Of a stretch of DNA of 64,000 nucleotides, positions 29,414-39,437 are shown one piece after another. The DNA comes from a virus. Lineage: Duplodnaviria; Heunggongvirae; Uroviricota; Caudoviricetes. The DNA lies in IMG/VR virus record IMGVR_UViG_3300025644_000002; one strand, written 5' to 3'. The stretch's first letter is position 1. Every line of letters starts with the position of its first letter. Made by a program: the position numbers and the translations under genes. The notes beneath the pieces are model-generated. The model made no database searches. It saw only the letters and a program-made list of their open reading frames with translations, and had not been told where the DNA came from.

Positions 29414-29760
29414 GCACCCCAATGACTTTTGTAAAACGAATGAACAAAACCCTAATGATCTATACTAATGCTGAAATATTAAGAAAAATAGTAAAAGGTG
29501 AAATCTTAGAATATAAGGTAGAATTTCTCCCTAAATGTGGAGAAGTCCTTATGAAGTTAGAACCCGGCACTATCCCGGTAGAGTTCGATGAGGTGATGTT
29601 CTACATGGGGGTATCTTATGCTACTTATAAAGAAGATGCCTCTAGTTATGTAACTCGCAAGTGGATAAACACTAAAATATTATTTGAGGATACTACTATT
29701 TACTATGTTGTAGTTTTAGGAGATATCTTACGACAAAACCTGAGAGATGTAAAATTATGA
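29410..29760 (+). CDS. hypothetical protein (116 aa)
   Basis: ORF track. Confidence 0.45.
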   Translation: MSTPMTFVKRMNKTLMIYTNAEILRKIVKGEILEYKVEFLPKCGEVLMKLEPGTIPVEFDEVMFYMGVSYATYKEDASSYVTRKWINTKILFEDTTIYYVVVLGDILRQNLRDVKL

Positions 29761-30008
29761 ACGACATAAAGCCTCTTCAACAAATTCTTAAACTTACAAA
29801 GGCAGATAGAGTAGAGCTTTCTCTTAGAAAAAATGCAGACGGTATCTTAGAAGTTAGAGTTTTCTGGTTTACTCCTGGAGAAGAGATGGTTTCCTTTTCT
29901 CAACATTTAAATATGGCTAGTTTCGTATCTGAAAAACTTTCAATGGATTATGCCAGTAGATACTCGGCATTAGCTAACAGCGAACGCCAAAAATATAACA
30001 ATAAATAA
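29757..30008 (+). CDS. hypothetical protein (83 aa)
   Basis: ORF track. Confidence 0.4.
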   Translation: MNDIKPLQQILKLTKADRVELSLRKNADGILEVRVFWFTPGEEMVSFSQHLNMASFVSEKLSMDYASRYSALANSERQKYNNK

Positions 30009-30249
30009 GGTATAAGAAAAAGGAGATAACATGAAGTTAATGCAAAACTTATTAAAAGTAGTGCATCATAAAAATCAAGAAGATCGATTGGGAGCCTGTT
30101 TACCGGTAACCATGTACGAACTTGAGTCGTTAGTAAGGGCTGCTATAGCTTTAGACGACGGAGAAGCAATAGATACAATTAGTATCGAACGAGCAACTGC
30201 CAGCTCAGGAATAGAGGCAGAAGCATAAAACAACTAACCATCTAGACCG

Positions 30250-30486
30250 ATGAGTACAGTAAACATAAAAGACAACTTATTCCTAATACTGAAAACTGAA
30301 GATATTGACAAAGGTCTAGAGCCTGATGAACGCTTAGTTCTGCAGGCAATAATAATAAAAATACAAAAATATAGAGAGAAAACAGGAAGAGAAGCAGCAC
30401 CTAATTATTGGGTTGTAAATCAGGATGAAGAATATTCTGGAATGATTATAGAACAAATAATTAAAGGCGAAGCTTTAAAGAATTAA
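30250..30486 (+). CDS. hypothetical protein (78 aa)
   Basis: ORF track. Confidence 0.4.
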   Translation: MSTVNIKDNLFLILKTEDIDKGLEPDERLVLQAIIIKIQKYREKTGREAAPNYWVVNQDEEYSGMIIEQIIKGEALKN

Positions 30487-30507
30487 GAAAAATGGAAGGA
30501 GGTTAAG

Positions 30508-30804
30508 ATGTTATCATGGATAGTAGGATTTCTAGTTATATGTTTTTTAGTACCGTGGTATTTTCAAGCAATTGGATTACCAAGATGGAAAACAGAAGCT
30601 ATATATTGGGAGTTAATAGCAGTATTCTGTTTATTTGCCAGTATATGGATATCTAGAGACCTAGTTCATCATAAAATGGAAAACAGTTCGGAGATGGCTG
30701 CACGCGAGTACAACTTGTGGGTCAATCACGTTCAGTTTGATAATGAATATTACTACGATTGGTGGATTCCAGACGAAGTAGACACGTTAAAATACAAGGA
30801 GTAG
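30508..30804 (+). CDS. membrane protein (98 aa)
   Basis: Two hydrophobic helices. Confidence 0.45.
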   Translation: MLSWIVGFLVICFLVPWYFQAIGLPRWKTEAIYWELIAVFCLFASIWISRDLVHHKMENSSEMAAREYNLWVNHVQFDNEYYYDWWIPDEVDTLKYKE

Positions 30805-30810
30805 TGTAGT

Positions 30811-31338
30811 ATGAGTTATTTCATGATAGACATAGAGTCTGACGGGGAATGCCCTGGAATATTCTCTATGGTAGAGTTTGCAGCAATAAGGGTCACGGAA
30901 GCGAAGGACGAGTCCGTCCACGAGCGCCTAAGGCCTATTACTAACCTATGGAAACCTGAAGCTTTAGAAAAGATAGGGGTAACTAGGGAAGAAACTCTTG
31001 GATACGGAGATCCTGAAGAAGCTATAAAAACTTTAGCAGAGTTTGTAAAAGAAACTTCAAAAGGAAGGCCGATGTTTATATCTGATAACAATGGGCATGA
31101 TTGGCAGTTCATAAATTATTACTGTCATAAGTACTTAGGGATAAATCCCTTTGGGCACTCAAGTGCAAACCTAGGAAGTCTTTTTAAAGGGTTGGTTCAA
31201 ACTCCTTTTGAAAACTTCAAACACCTGAGAGATACTCCTCATACACATAGCTCTATCGATGACGCTATGGGTAATTTGGAAGCGTTTCTAAAATTAATAA
31301 AGACTTATAACCTTCCGGGATATTTAGATAAGGAGTAG
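30811..31338 (+). CDS. DEDDh-type 3'-5' exonuclease (DnaQ/RNase T-like)
   Basis: Exo I motif MIDIESDG and Exo III motif HSSIDDAMG. Confidence 0.6.
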   Translation: MSYFMIDIESDGECPGIFSMVEFAAIRVTEAKDESVHERLRPITNLWKPEALEKIGVTREETLGYGDPEEAIKTLAEFVKETSKGRPMFISDNNGHDWQFINYYCHKYLGINPFGHSSANLGSLFKGLVQTPFENFKHLRDTPHTHSSIDDAMGNLEAFLKLIKTYNLPGYLDKE

Positions 31339-31346
31339 TAACATAC

Positions 31347-31538
31347 ATGTTCGGATTACTATTTTTACGAGGGATTATTGGACTACTGATAGTCATAATG
31401 TTATATTATGCTTTAGTACCAAAAGAGGTTCGTAAAGTAAATAAATTAACAAGAGAACTAGGGGATTTACAATTAGGCAACCGCCTGAAAGAACAAATCG
31501 CTAGCCTCAAAGACGCCATAACAAAAGAAAAAGGATAA
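31347..31538 (+). CDS. small membrane protein
   Basis: ORF track; hydrophobic N-terminus. Confidence 0.4.
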   Translation: MFGLLFLRGIIGLLIVIMLYYALVPKEVRKVNKLTRELGDLQLGNRLKEQIASLKDAITKEKG

Positions 31539-31541
31539 CGC

Positions 31542-32465
31542 ATGAACAAAGCGCTAGGCATTTTAATAGCTATAGTCGTTGTAGTGCTCTGGGGTACATT
31601 CTCAGCTGCATACACGCTAGACGCTAATGAACAAGCAGTCGTGCTCCGTTTGGGGAAGTACAATAGTACTACCGCTGTTGGAGGACTACAATTTAAGATT
31701 CCGTTCGGGATTGATGAAGCATACAAAGTGAGAACTGAGTATGAATATAAAGCCGAATTTGGATTTAGAACTGTATCTGCTGGTAAAAATACCAACTACA
31801 ACAAAAGCGGATTCGTCGAAGAATCAGAAATGCTGACAGGGGATTTAAATATTGTGTACCTACAATGGGTTGTACAATATAAGATTAATGATCCTTATCA
31901 GTATTTGTTTGCCACTAGAAACCCTGAAGAGCTCTTGCGAGACGGTTCGGAAAGTGTAATGCGTTTAATGGTAGGGGATCGCTCCTTCTATGAAGTATTA
32001 CAAAAAGATCGTGTAGCTATAGCCAATACGGCCAAGACTCACCTGCAGGATATGCTAACATTATATGAATGCGGCATTATCGTAGAGTTGGTTCAGTTGA
32101 AAACTGTTGATCCACCTCCGCTAGTTCAGGCTGCCTTTAAAGAAGTAAATTCTGCTGAGCAAACGCAGGAGACTACTATTAATGAGGCCAGGGAAGACTA
32201 CACCAAGCAGGTAACAGAAACTGAAGGTGAAGCGGCAAGACTGGTTGAGGAAGCAAATGGTTATGCTATCGAAAGAGTTAACGAAGCTAAAGGTAACACA
32301 GCTTGGTTTACTGCAGTATATAATGAGTATAAAGTAAATCCTAAGGTAACTAAGGACCGTTTATATTTTGAAACAATGCAGAAAATTCTACCGACAGCAG
32401 AAAACGTTTGGTTTATTGATGAAAACATTTCAGCACTACCACACTTTAATTTGGGAGGCAACTAG
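31542..32465 (+). CDS. hflK: HflK-like SPFH/band-7 protein
   Basis: N-terminal TM helix, QAVVLRLGKY…FKIPFGIDE…, long coiled-coil; typical HflK layout. Confidence 0.65.
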   Translation: MNKALGILIAIVVVVLWGTFSAAYTLDANEQAVVLRLGKYNSTTAVGGLQFKIPFGIDEAYKVRTEYEYKAEFGFRTVSAGKNTNYNKSGFVEESEMLTGDLNIVYLQWVVQYKINDPYQYLFATRNPEELLRDGSESVMRLMVGDRSFYEVLQKDRVAIANTAKTHLQDMLTLYECGIIVELVQLKTVDPPPLVQAAFKEVNSAEQTQETTINEAREDYTKQVTETEGEAARLVEEANGYAIERVNEAKGNTAWFTAVYNEYKVNPKVTKDRLYFETMQKILPTAENVWFIDENISALPHFNLGGN

Positions 32466-32467
32466 TT

Positions 32468-33427
32468 ATGGAATTGACAGTTAAAAAAGGGGCTTTCATA
32501 TTCCTCTTTATGTTCCTGCTTTTTGGATTCTTTAGCGGTTTATACGTTATCGATGAAAAAGAACAAGTGGTGATTACTCAGTTTGGTAAAATTCGCGGCG
32601 AAGCGATTACTGACGCAGGGGTTCACCTGAAGATTCCTTACATTCAGAATAAGCATGTTTATGACAAACGTATTCTGGAATGGGATGGGGATGCCGAAGA
32701 ATTACCTACAAAAGATAATAAATATGTCTTTATTGATGTATTTGCCAGATGGAGAATTAGTGATCCTCAGGAATATCATAAAGCTGTAGGTGGTCGTGAA
32801 AACCAGGCACAATCTCGAATTGATGATGTAATAGATGGTAGCTCACGTGACATAATTGCTGAGCATGTAATGTCTCAAATTGTACGGTCTAGTAATCGGG
32901 AGATGGTGTTACGTTCGCAGGAAACCTCAGATACAAATACTGAAGATCAGGGCACCGAGTCCAGCTTCATGCAACCAGGAATCCGAGACGAAATTGTGGC
33001 TAAAATCCTGGCAATGGCTCAATCAAAACTAGCCGAACGTAAATTAGGAATCGAAATTATAGACGTTCAGCTGAAACGGGTAAATTTTACCAATGTAGTC
33101 AAGAAAAAGATACAGGATAGAATGGTTTCAGAGCAGTCACGAATTGCTCAGAAATATCGCGCCCAGGGGCAGAAAGAGAGACAGGAATTAGCTGGAAGAC
33201 GAAATAACAAAATAAAAAATCTAATGTCTGAGGCTTATAATGAGTCTGAGATGATTAAAGGTACAGCTGATGCAACAGCTACCAAGATCTACGCAGAAGC
33301 TTATGGCGCAGATCCAGACTTTTATAATTTTGTGAAATCGTTGGAAACGTTGGAGAAAGCGGTAACACCGTCGACCAACATAATGATGACCAGCAGAAAT
33401 GGTGTCTTAAAAGTATTGTTTGAATAG
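32468..33427 (+). CDS. hflC: HflC-like SPFH/band-7 protein
   Basis: EQVVITQFGKI…HLKIPYIQ…, immediately downstream of the HflK homolog. Confidence 0.65.
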   Translation: MELTVKKGAFIFLFMFLLFGFFSGLYVIDEKEQVVITQFGKIRGEAITDAGVHLKIPYIQNKHVYDKRILEWDGDAEELPTKDNKYVFIDVFARWRISDPQEYHKAVGGRENQAQSRIDDVIDGSSRDIIAEHVMSQIVRSSNREMVLRSQETSDTNTEDQGTESSFMQPGIRDEIVAKILAMAQSKLAERKLGIEIIDVQLKRVNFTNVVKKKIQDRMVSEQSRIAQKYRAQGQKERQELAGRRNNKIKNLMSEAYNESEMIKGTADATATKIYAEAYGADPDFYNFVKSLETLEKAVTPSTNIMMTSRNGVLKVLFE

Positions 33428-33451
33428 ATACTAGAAGCCACATTTAAAAGA

Positions 33452-33492
33452 TTAGAAAGAGAGCGGTGCAATATCCGCCCTCTTTCTTTTTA
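33452..33492 (+). terminator. Rho-independent terminator
   Basis: agagagcggtgcaatatccgccctctttcttttt. Confidence 0.45.
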
Positions 33493-33504
33493 GATAAAAA
33501 ATTA

Positions 33505-33579
33505 GGGATGGTAAGCAAAATTGGTTAATGCGACAGGCTGCAACCCTGGACTGTGTCGGTTCGAATCCGACTCATCCCT
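33505..33579 (+). tRNA. tRNA-Cys (GCA)
   Basis: Hand fold: acceptor GGGATGG/TCATCCC, anticodon loop CTGCAAC, T-arm GTCGG-TTCGAAT-CCGAC. Confidence 0.65.
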
Positions 33580-33629
33580 CAATACTTACGATAAGTATTT
33601 TAATTAATAAAAATAATAAGGAACACAAA

Positions 33630-33809
33630 ATGAATTTTAAATTTTTCGGAGCATTAAGATTACTACTGAACTTCTTGACAGGAGTATTTGTAATAGCTGG
33701 AGGAATTATACTACCTAGTACTCCTATTACGATAGCGGGCTGCCTTTTATTAGCAGGGTGGTTAGCCGCGTTTATAGAACGTTACGATTCCCACTATAAA
33801 GGCTGCTAA
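33630..33809 (+). CDS. small membrane protein (MNFKFFGALRLLL…)
   Basis: Track ORF 33528..33809 starts inside the tRNA; likely ATG at 33630. Confidence 0.4.
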   Translation: MNFKFFGALRLLLNFLTGVFVIAGGIILPSTPITIAGCLLLAGWLAAFIERYDSHYKGC

Positions 33810-34123
33810 TGTTAACTACAACATTTACAGTTCACATAATACTAGTTGTATTGCTAGTTCATTGGGTAGCAGATTTCTTGTTTCAAACACAGGAAATGGC
33901 TTCAAAAAAACATGAACACTGGGGCATTCTAATTTTACATTGTGTAGTATATGCCACTGTATTGACGGCGTTTATAATGCTAGCGCCCTCTCTTGGCACA
34001 ATAATAACTATTTCATTAGGAAATGCAGCGCTATGCTGGTCTTTATTATTTATGTCACATTTATGGATAGACGCTGTTACTAGTAGAATAGTAAAAAAAA
34101 GCATTTGCTTTAAACAAAATTAG
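33809..34123 (+). CDS. membrane protein (104 aa)
   Basis: ORF track; multiple TM helices. Confidence 0.45.
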   Translation: MLTTTFTVHIILVVLLVHWVADFLFQTQEMASKKHEHWGILILHCVVYATVLTAFIMLAPSLGTIITISLGNAALCWSLLFMSHLWIDAVTSRIVKKSICFKQN

Positions 34124-34208
34124 GTTTATGTTTAATACTATAGGTTTTGACCAGTTCCTACATTTTGTAGCACTACTATTAATATTAACACTCATAATAT
34201 AAAAACTG

Positions 34209-34280
34209 TGGAGGCGTAGCTGAGTGGTTTAGCAGCGGCCCTTTAAGCCGCCGACGTAGGTTCGATTCCTACCGCCTTCA
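34209..34280 (+). tRNA. tRNA-Lys (TTT) with C33 instead of the universal U33 (anticodon loop CCTTTAA)
   Basis: Hand fold: acceptor GGAGGCG/CGCCTTC, D-stem GCTG/TAGC, anticodon stem GCGGC/GCCGC, T-arm GTAGG-TTCGATT-CCTAC. Confidence 0.6.
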
Positions 34281-34509
34281 CGCCCCCATTAAAAAGGAAC
34301 CAAATGAAAAAAAATAATTGTTTATAATCATGAGCATACAGTAGATGACGCTGTTGCCAAAAGATATGAAGAGTTAATGGATAATCTTCGAGAAGGTTAT
34401 GATAAACTATTAAATTCAGGAATGTTTTTTGAAATTTATCCAGAGCTTACAGGAAACTGGAAAGAAGATGAAGAGGCTTATTTAGCAAAATCAACCAATA
34501 AAAGATAAA

Positions 34510-34761
34510 ATGAAAAAGTCAATTACAATAAATGTGTATATGCAAGACGGAAGAGTATTCAAGTATGAAGTAAGTGATTCAGCAGTGGCTCGAGAGCATG
34601 CACATAGAATAATAACAGAAGGATGGCGTAACGTTGAAAATGGAATTATGAGTTATTATCCAGTTCATCAAGTATTAAAAGTAAGCTTTGAAATGGAAAA
34701 ACTGGATGTTTTAGCTGGTAAGTATCACGCCTCTTCCATTGATTATCCAAAAATGACCTAA
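34510..34761 (+). CDS. hypothetical protein (83 aa)
   Basis: ORF track. Confidence 0.4.
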   Translation: MKKSITINVYMQDGRVFKYEVSDSAVAREHAHRIITEGWRNVENGIMSYYPVHQVLKVSFEMEKLDVLAGKYHASSIDYPKMT

Positions 34762-34772
34762 TAAATTAAATC

Positions 34773-34845
34773 TGTAACGTAGCTCAATTGGTGGAGCGCT
34801 GCACTGTTAATGCAGTGGTTGCGAGTTCGAGTCTCGTCGTTACAG
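34773..34845 (+). tRNA. tRNA-Asn (GTT)
   Basis: Acceptor TGTAACG/CGTTACA is perfect; anticodon loop CTGTTAA. Confidence 0.7.
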
Positions 34846-34864
34846 CAATCAAAAAAGGAAACCT

Positions 34865-35164
34865 ATGGAATTACAAGACGAAATTAATATACTGACTGAT
34901 AAACAGCTGCACAAATTGAATACTAAACGCCTACTATCTTACTATAAATCGATTCGAAATAAGCTACGAAAAACTTGTATGTTTTACTGTTGCGAATTCA
35001 GATGCGAAGTTCTATGGTATGAAGACAAGGATGGAGTTGTTACATCGAGTTATAAAAATGTAACAGATGAAGAAGCTAAGGCTTTAAAGAAGTTAAGTGA
35101 TGATTGGGAAGCCTTCGTTAAACATGTAAAAGCTATTCTAAATACTAGAGAGCATGTCAACTAA
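34865..35164 (+). CDS. hypothetical protein (99 aa)
   Basis: ORF track. Confidence 0.45.
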   Translation: MELQDEINILTDKQLHKLNTKRLLSYYKSIRNKLRKTCMFYCCEFRCEVLWYEDKDGVVTSSYKNVTDEEAKALKKLSDDWEAFVKHVKAILNTREHVN

Positions 35165-35507
35165 ACTAAATCAAAAAAAAACAATAATGATAACTAAAAT
35201 ATGGTACAGTGTACAAAACGGTGGGGATGGAAGTGCTTATCCACAATTAATGGAAAGTGAAAAATTAGCTGAACTAGATCAAGAACATATGGATGAAGGT
35301 TGGGGTGAACCTTGTATCGGTTCAATTCGAATTGAGCATGACGGCCCTATTAAAATTCTCAACAACATTCAAACTGCACAAGAAATAAAAGAAGAAATGG
35401 AAAGAGTTTATAGTAACTATAGTGAGGCTAAAGAAGAGCCTAAAAAATACGAAGCTGTATGTAAACTAGTACAAAAACAAAAACAAAAGGAAACAGAAGA
35501 TGATTAA
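35154..35507 (+). CDS. hypothetical protein (117 aa)
   Basis: ORF track. Confidence 0.45.
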   Translation: MSTKLNQKKTIMITKIWYSVQNGGDGSAYPQLMESEKLAELDQEHMDEGWGEPCIGSIRIEHDGPIKILNNIQTAQEIKEEMERVYSNYSEAKEEPKKYEAVCKLVQKQKQKETEDD

Positions 35508-35856
35508 TATGAAATATAAGAAGACATTATTACTACTAATACCTGCAATAATGTTCTTACTTCACATAGAGGGACTAATATTCTTTTTCATAACTTTAAC
35601 TACTATAGCGTTAATAACATTAGTTATTATACATATAGTAAAGTTAGCGACGACGGACGATTCTTCTGCTATAGATATAAATACCAAGTCAACAGAGATG
35701 TTAAAATTTACTGAAAATTTTTGCACTTCTAAAGAACTAATAATAATAACTTTTGGAACTGCGTTAATAAGTATGTTAGCCGGATTTATGGGTACTGGGA
35801 TTCTTTGGGTAATTACAGCTATCTTAATAATAATACCGAGATATTTATTTAATTAA
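35500..35856 (+). CDS. membrane protein (118 aa)
   Basis: ORF track; multiple TM helices. Confidence 0.45.
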   Translation: MINMKYKKTLLLLIPAIMFLLHIEGLIFFFITLTTIALITLVIIHIVKLATTDDSSAIDINTKSTEMLKFTENFCTSKELIIITFGTALISMLAGFMGTGILWVITAILIIIPRYLFN

Positions 35857-35869
35857 CCAATAAACTACT

Positions 35870-36151
35870 ATGAGTAGAGCTTATGCTTGGATTATAACCG
35901 AAAGCCATCTTGAAAGTTTAAAAGATGAATTAGGAACATTAGGCCCAGGAGGGGCTGTATATTCCGAAGAAGAAATTACAGAATTCGGCAGAAAATTCGA
36001 AATGTATGACGATGATGATATATTATATTACACCGGATATATTTGCGGAGAATACGACGGATTTGAACCACTAGACGATTTTGGTATGCCCAACGCAGGG
36101 TGCACTAGTATCAAACTAGATAGTGGGCATGGAGACATGCTTACGCTATAA
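35870..36151 (+). CDS. hypothetical protein (93 aa)
   Basis: ORF track. Confidence 0.45.
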   Translation: MSRAYAWIITESHLESLKDELGTLGPGGAVYSEEEITEFGRKFEMYDDDDILYYTGYICGEYDGFEPLDDFGMPNAGCTSIKLDSGHGDMLTL

Positions 36152-36287
36152 ATATAATAGTTGGTTATATTAAAAATAATAGTTATATTTAAGAGACCTG
36201 ATAATTGTATCAGAGTGTCATATTAAATATGTGGCATTTGAGTGTGGCAATTCCACACAAATTTGACGTAAACACAAGGTAACAATA

Positions 36288-37139
36288 ATGAATATAAAAA
36301 CCAACCTTACAATTCAAAAGAATCGTTTAAAAGTATATAGCCAATTAGATGTCTGGAATGGCATAGAAGCAACTTATTACTTAAATGATAAAGACGAATT
36401 TGAAATCGAACTTACTAACTTAGAAACTTCTTCCTGTAAATTGAGGATAAAACTTAATGGAAAATATATTTCCAATGGCGGGCTTGTGCTTGACCCTGGA
36501 CAGCATTATTTTCTGGAACGACATATCGAAGTAGATCGAAAGTTTGAATTTTCAACATATAACGTAGAAGATACTGAGGAAATAGACAAAGCTATAGCCG
36601 AGAACGGATTACTAGAGATAGAGTTTTATCGAGAGTCATTTCCTATCGAGCATAAATACTGTAGCCCATACACTAATCCTAATGTCTACCCAAGACCGTT
36701 TACATGGGAAGGTGATATACTAACCAACGATAATACTTGGTGGACCGACCTTGCTGGCGAATTCACGGGAATTAGCGGCATGTCAGCGCCAAGTATGTAT
36801 AGCGCTAGGGGCACAAGATGCTCAAATCCAGCAGAGCCTCAAATGGCTATGGGTATGATAGAAGATAGTGGCGAAGTACTTACAACCGCATGCTTTGCAA
36901 GCGCGCCTATGAAAGAGACGGGTAGAATTAAACAAGGTAGTCATTCAGAACAAAAGTTCGGAAGAAGCTATCAAAAATTTGAGCATACTCCCTCTCATGT
37001 AGTAACCTATAAATTATTACCTATGTCATTAAAACCTATTACGGTAAATGATTTAGAGAAACGTTATTGCCAAAAATGTGGACTTAGACGAAAAAAGTCT
37101 ACCTGGATATGTTGTCCAGCGTGTACAACTAGATATTAA
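36288..37139 (+). CDS. hypothetical protein with a C-terminal zinc ribbon (283 aa)
   Basis: CQKCG…CCPAC at the C-terminus; TATAAATA at 36148-36155 upstream. Confidence 0.5.
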   Translation: MNIKTNLTIQKNRLKVYSQLDVWNGIEATYYLNDKDEFEIELTNLETSSCKLRIKLNGKYISNGGLVLDPGQHYFLERHIEVDRKFEFSTYNVEDTEEIDKAIAENGLLEIEFYRESFPIEHKYCSPYTNPNVYPRPFTWEGDILTNDNTWWTDLAGEFTGISGMSAPSMYSARGTRCSNPAEPQMAMGMIEDSGEVLTTACFASAPMKETGRIKQGSHSEQKFGRSYQKFEHTPSHVVTYKLLPMSLKPITVNDLEKRYCQKCGLRRKKSTWICCPACTTRY

Positions 37140-37142
37140 TAT

Positions 37143-37170
37143 ATAAACGGGGTTTCGGCCCCGTTTTTCT
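37143..37170 (+). terminator. Rho-independent terminator (CGGGG…CCCCG + T5)
   Basis: acggggtttcggccccgtttttc. Confidence 0.5.
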
Positions 37171-37182
37171 TTATGGAGATTT

Positions 37183-38199
37183 ATGACTAGCAAAATAGAA
37201 GTAGATAAAAAACAAATTGATAAATTTAGGAAAAAAGAGATTACAAGTTCAGAATTATATAATAATAGTGAACCTGAAACTTTTTTATCCGAAGATAGCC
37301 AGAATAGCGCCCTACTCCCCGAAGATAAAAACCTAAATCTTGAAAACGTAACCTCTGGATATTTAACCAATGAACAAGGAACTTTTTTACCAGCTTCAGC
37401 TTTTGTAAAAATTTTACCAGCAGGGTATTATGAAGTATTAGAATCTAGAGGAGCCGCCGTAGAGTTCTTAAATATTGAGCTAGAAGCCTCGGACCTAATT
37501 TTATTTAGTAATTCAATAGCTGAAGAAATATTATTAGAATTAGGAAAATTTTGGAAACTTGGATCAGCTTATAAAGCTTGGGGAGAAAGCCATAAAAGAG
37601 GAATTCTAATTTATGGTGGAGACGGCTCAGGAAAAAATAGTACAATGAAAATAGTAATGTCAAATTGTATTCAAAAAGGATATTTAGTATTTGATAGCTC
37701 TTTTGTAGTATCAGAAGGTATTACTAGAATAAGAGATATTGAGGGGAATAGGCCCATACTTGTTATAATTGAAGACATTGACAGAATTATAATGGATCCA
37801 GTAGCTGAAGCAAAGATTCTGGATTTACTAGATGGAATAGGAGTAATAAATAATGTTGTATTTTTAGCTACAACTGCTTATCCAGAACGGCTTCCTACAT
37901 CTTTAAAAAATAGACCTTCGAGGTTTGACAGGGTTATGCACCAGGATTACCCAGATGAAATTACTCGTAAAAAATATTTACAATTAAAGAGTAGTTTAAA
38001 GGGTAAAGAATTAAATACTTGGGTAAAAGATACTAATAACTGGTCTTTCGCACATATTAAAGAACTCATAGTAAGCGTCATAATGTTAGATACAGATTAT
38101 AAAGTATCAATAGACAGAATTAATAAACTAAGGCAAGAGGTAGCTACGTCTGAAGTAGCAATTTCTTCTCATAATATAGGCTTTAAAACAAAAAGGTAA
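37183..38199 (+). CDS. AAA+ ATPase
   Basis: Walker A GGDGSGKNST, Walker B ILVIIEDID. Confidence 0.55.
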   Translation: MTSKIEVDKKQIDKFRKKEITSSELYNNSEPETFLSEDSQNSALLPEDKNLNLENVTSGYLTNEQGTFLPASAFVKILPAGYYEVLESRGAAVEFLNIELEASDLILFSNSIAEEILLELGKFWKLGSAYKAWGESHKRGILIYGGDGSGKNSTMKIVMSNCIQKGYLVFDSSFVVSEGITRIRDIEGNRPILVIIEDIDRIIMDPVAEAKILDLLDGIGVINNVVFLATTAYPERLPTSLKNRPSRFDRVMHQDYPDEITRKKYLQLKSSLKGKELNTWVKDTNNWSFAHIKELIVSVIMLDTDYKVSIDRINKLRQEVATSEVAISSHNIGFKTKR

Positions 38200-38202
38200 A
38201 TA

Positions 38203-39276
38203 ATGAATACAGTCCTAACAGTTTTAGAAACCCAAATAAAGGAAGGGTGGGTAAAGCGAAGAAAACATCCAGAGTTTCCACTTTGGATATATAATTATAC
38301 CCATGCCACACAGTATGCTCGAAATTGGAACGATACCACTACTAGATGTAGGGGTCTTATACTAGATGAATATGGAACTGTAGTAGCCAACCCTTTTAGA
38401 AAATTTTTCAACTATACAGAATTAGAAGGACTAGGTATCGAGCTCCCAGATGACCACTACAGCATTTTTAATAAACTAGACGGATGTCTATTTATAATGG
38501 TTATGTGGAGGGGGCATTTAATTAAATCTACAAGAGGCTCTTTTGATAATGAATATATTACAGAGGCCAATGTAGTCTTAGAAGAAAAATACCCTGACCT
38601 TACTATAAGGGAGGACTTCACATACTGCTATGAGTTCTTAACACCTACTCTTAAGAAAGGGGGGATGACCTGTATCACCTACCCAGAGAGCGACCTAAGG
38701 CTATTGGCAGTACGCGATACGTTTACTGGCAGAGAGATAGGGTTGCACGCTGTTACTACTTGTATACCAAGAACAGAGCTATATGAACATGATTGCGATG
38801 TAAGTGAGTTATATAATGTACCAAATCAAGAAAACAAAGAAGGATTTGTGTTAGCATATGATAACGGGTTCAGAGTTAAAGTAAAATTTGACTGGTATGT
38901 AAGACATCACCGTATATTGCAGCTTTGCAATGATAAAACGGTATGGAAATACTTATCAGATCCAGAATTAGATATACAAGAGTTAATTGATATTGTACCA
39001 GATGAATACTATAAATGGCTTCATACCTCTATAGATAACTTTAGAGAGAATTATGTGATATTAGCAAACACTGCTTGTAAACAATACATGCACCTTATAA
39101 CTAGTTTCCCAGAATCAATTGATATGAAAAAACGAACTTCCAAAGCAGTAGCAGAAAAAGTCATAAATATTGGAAATAAACAAATAATTTCTTTAGTATT
39201 TACAATGTTACAAGGGAAAAACATAAAGCCCTTAATTTGGAAATATTTAAAACCAAAACAAACGGAGAAAAAATGA
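38203..39276 (+). CDS. rnlA: RNA ligase 1 (T4 RnlA-like)
   Basis: Motif I FNKLDGCL; EGFVLAYDNGFRVKVKFDWYVRHH ~ T4 Rnl1 [24 protein letters not shown]. Confidence 0.65.
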   Translation: MNTVLTVLETQIKEGWVKRRKHPEFPLWIYNYTHATQYARNWNDTTTRCRGLILDEYGTVVANPFRKFFNYTELEGLGIELPDDHYSIFNKLDGCLFIMVMWRGHLIKSTRGSFDNEYITEANVVLEEKYPDLTIREDFTYCYEFLTPTLKKGGMTCITYPESDLRLLAVRDTFTGREIGLHAVTTCIPRTELYEHDCDVSELYNVPNQENKEGFVLAYDNGFRVKVKFDWYVRHHRILQLCNDKTVWKYLSDPELDIQELIDIVPDEYYKWLHTSIDNFRENYVILANTACKQYMHLITSFPESIDMKKRTSKAVAEKVINIGNKQIISLVFTMLQGKNIKPLIWKYLKPKQTEKK

Positions 39277-39437
39277 AAAATCCCGGATTCATACTATTTA
39301 TAGTATTACTTGTCCTAAAGTTAGTTGGAGTCATTACATGGAGTTGGTGGTGGATAACTGCCCCGCTGTGGCTTGGCTTCGTCTTATTATTTTTAGCTGT
39401 AGGCGGTATAGCTGCAATTGCAAGTTGGCTCGATTAG
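39237..39437 (+). CDS. small membrane protein
   Basis: ORF track; two TM helices. Confidence 0.4.
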   Translation: MEIFKTKTNGEKMKNPGFILFIVLLVLKLVGVITWSWWWITAPLWLGFVLLFLAVGGIAAIASWLD

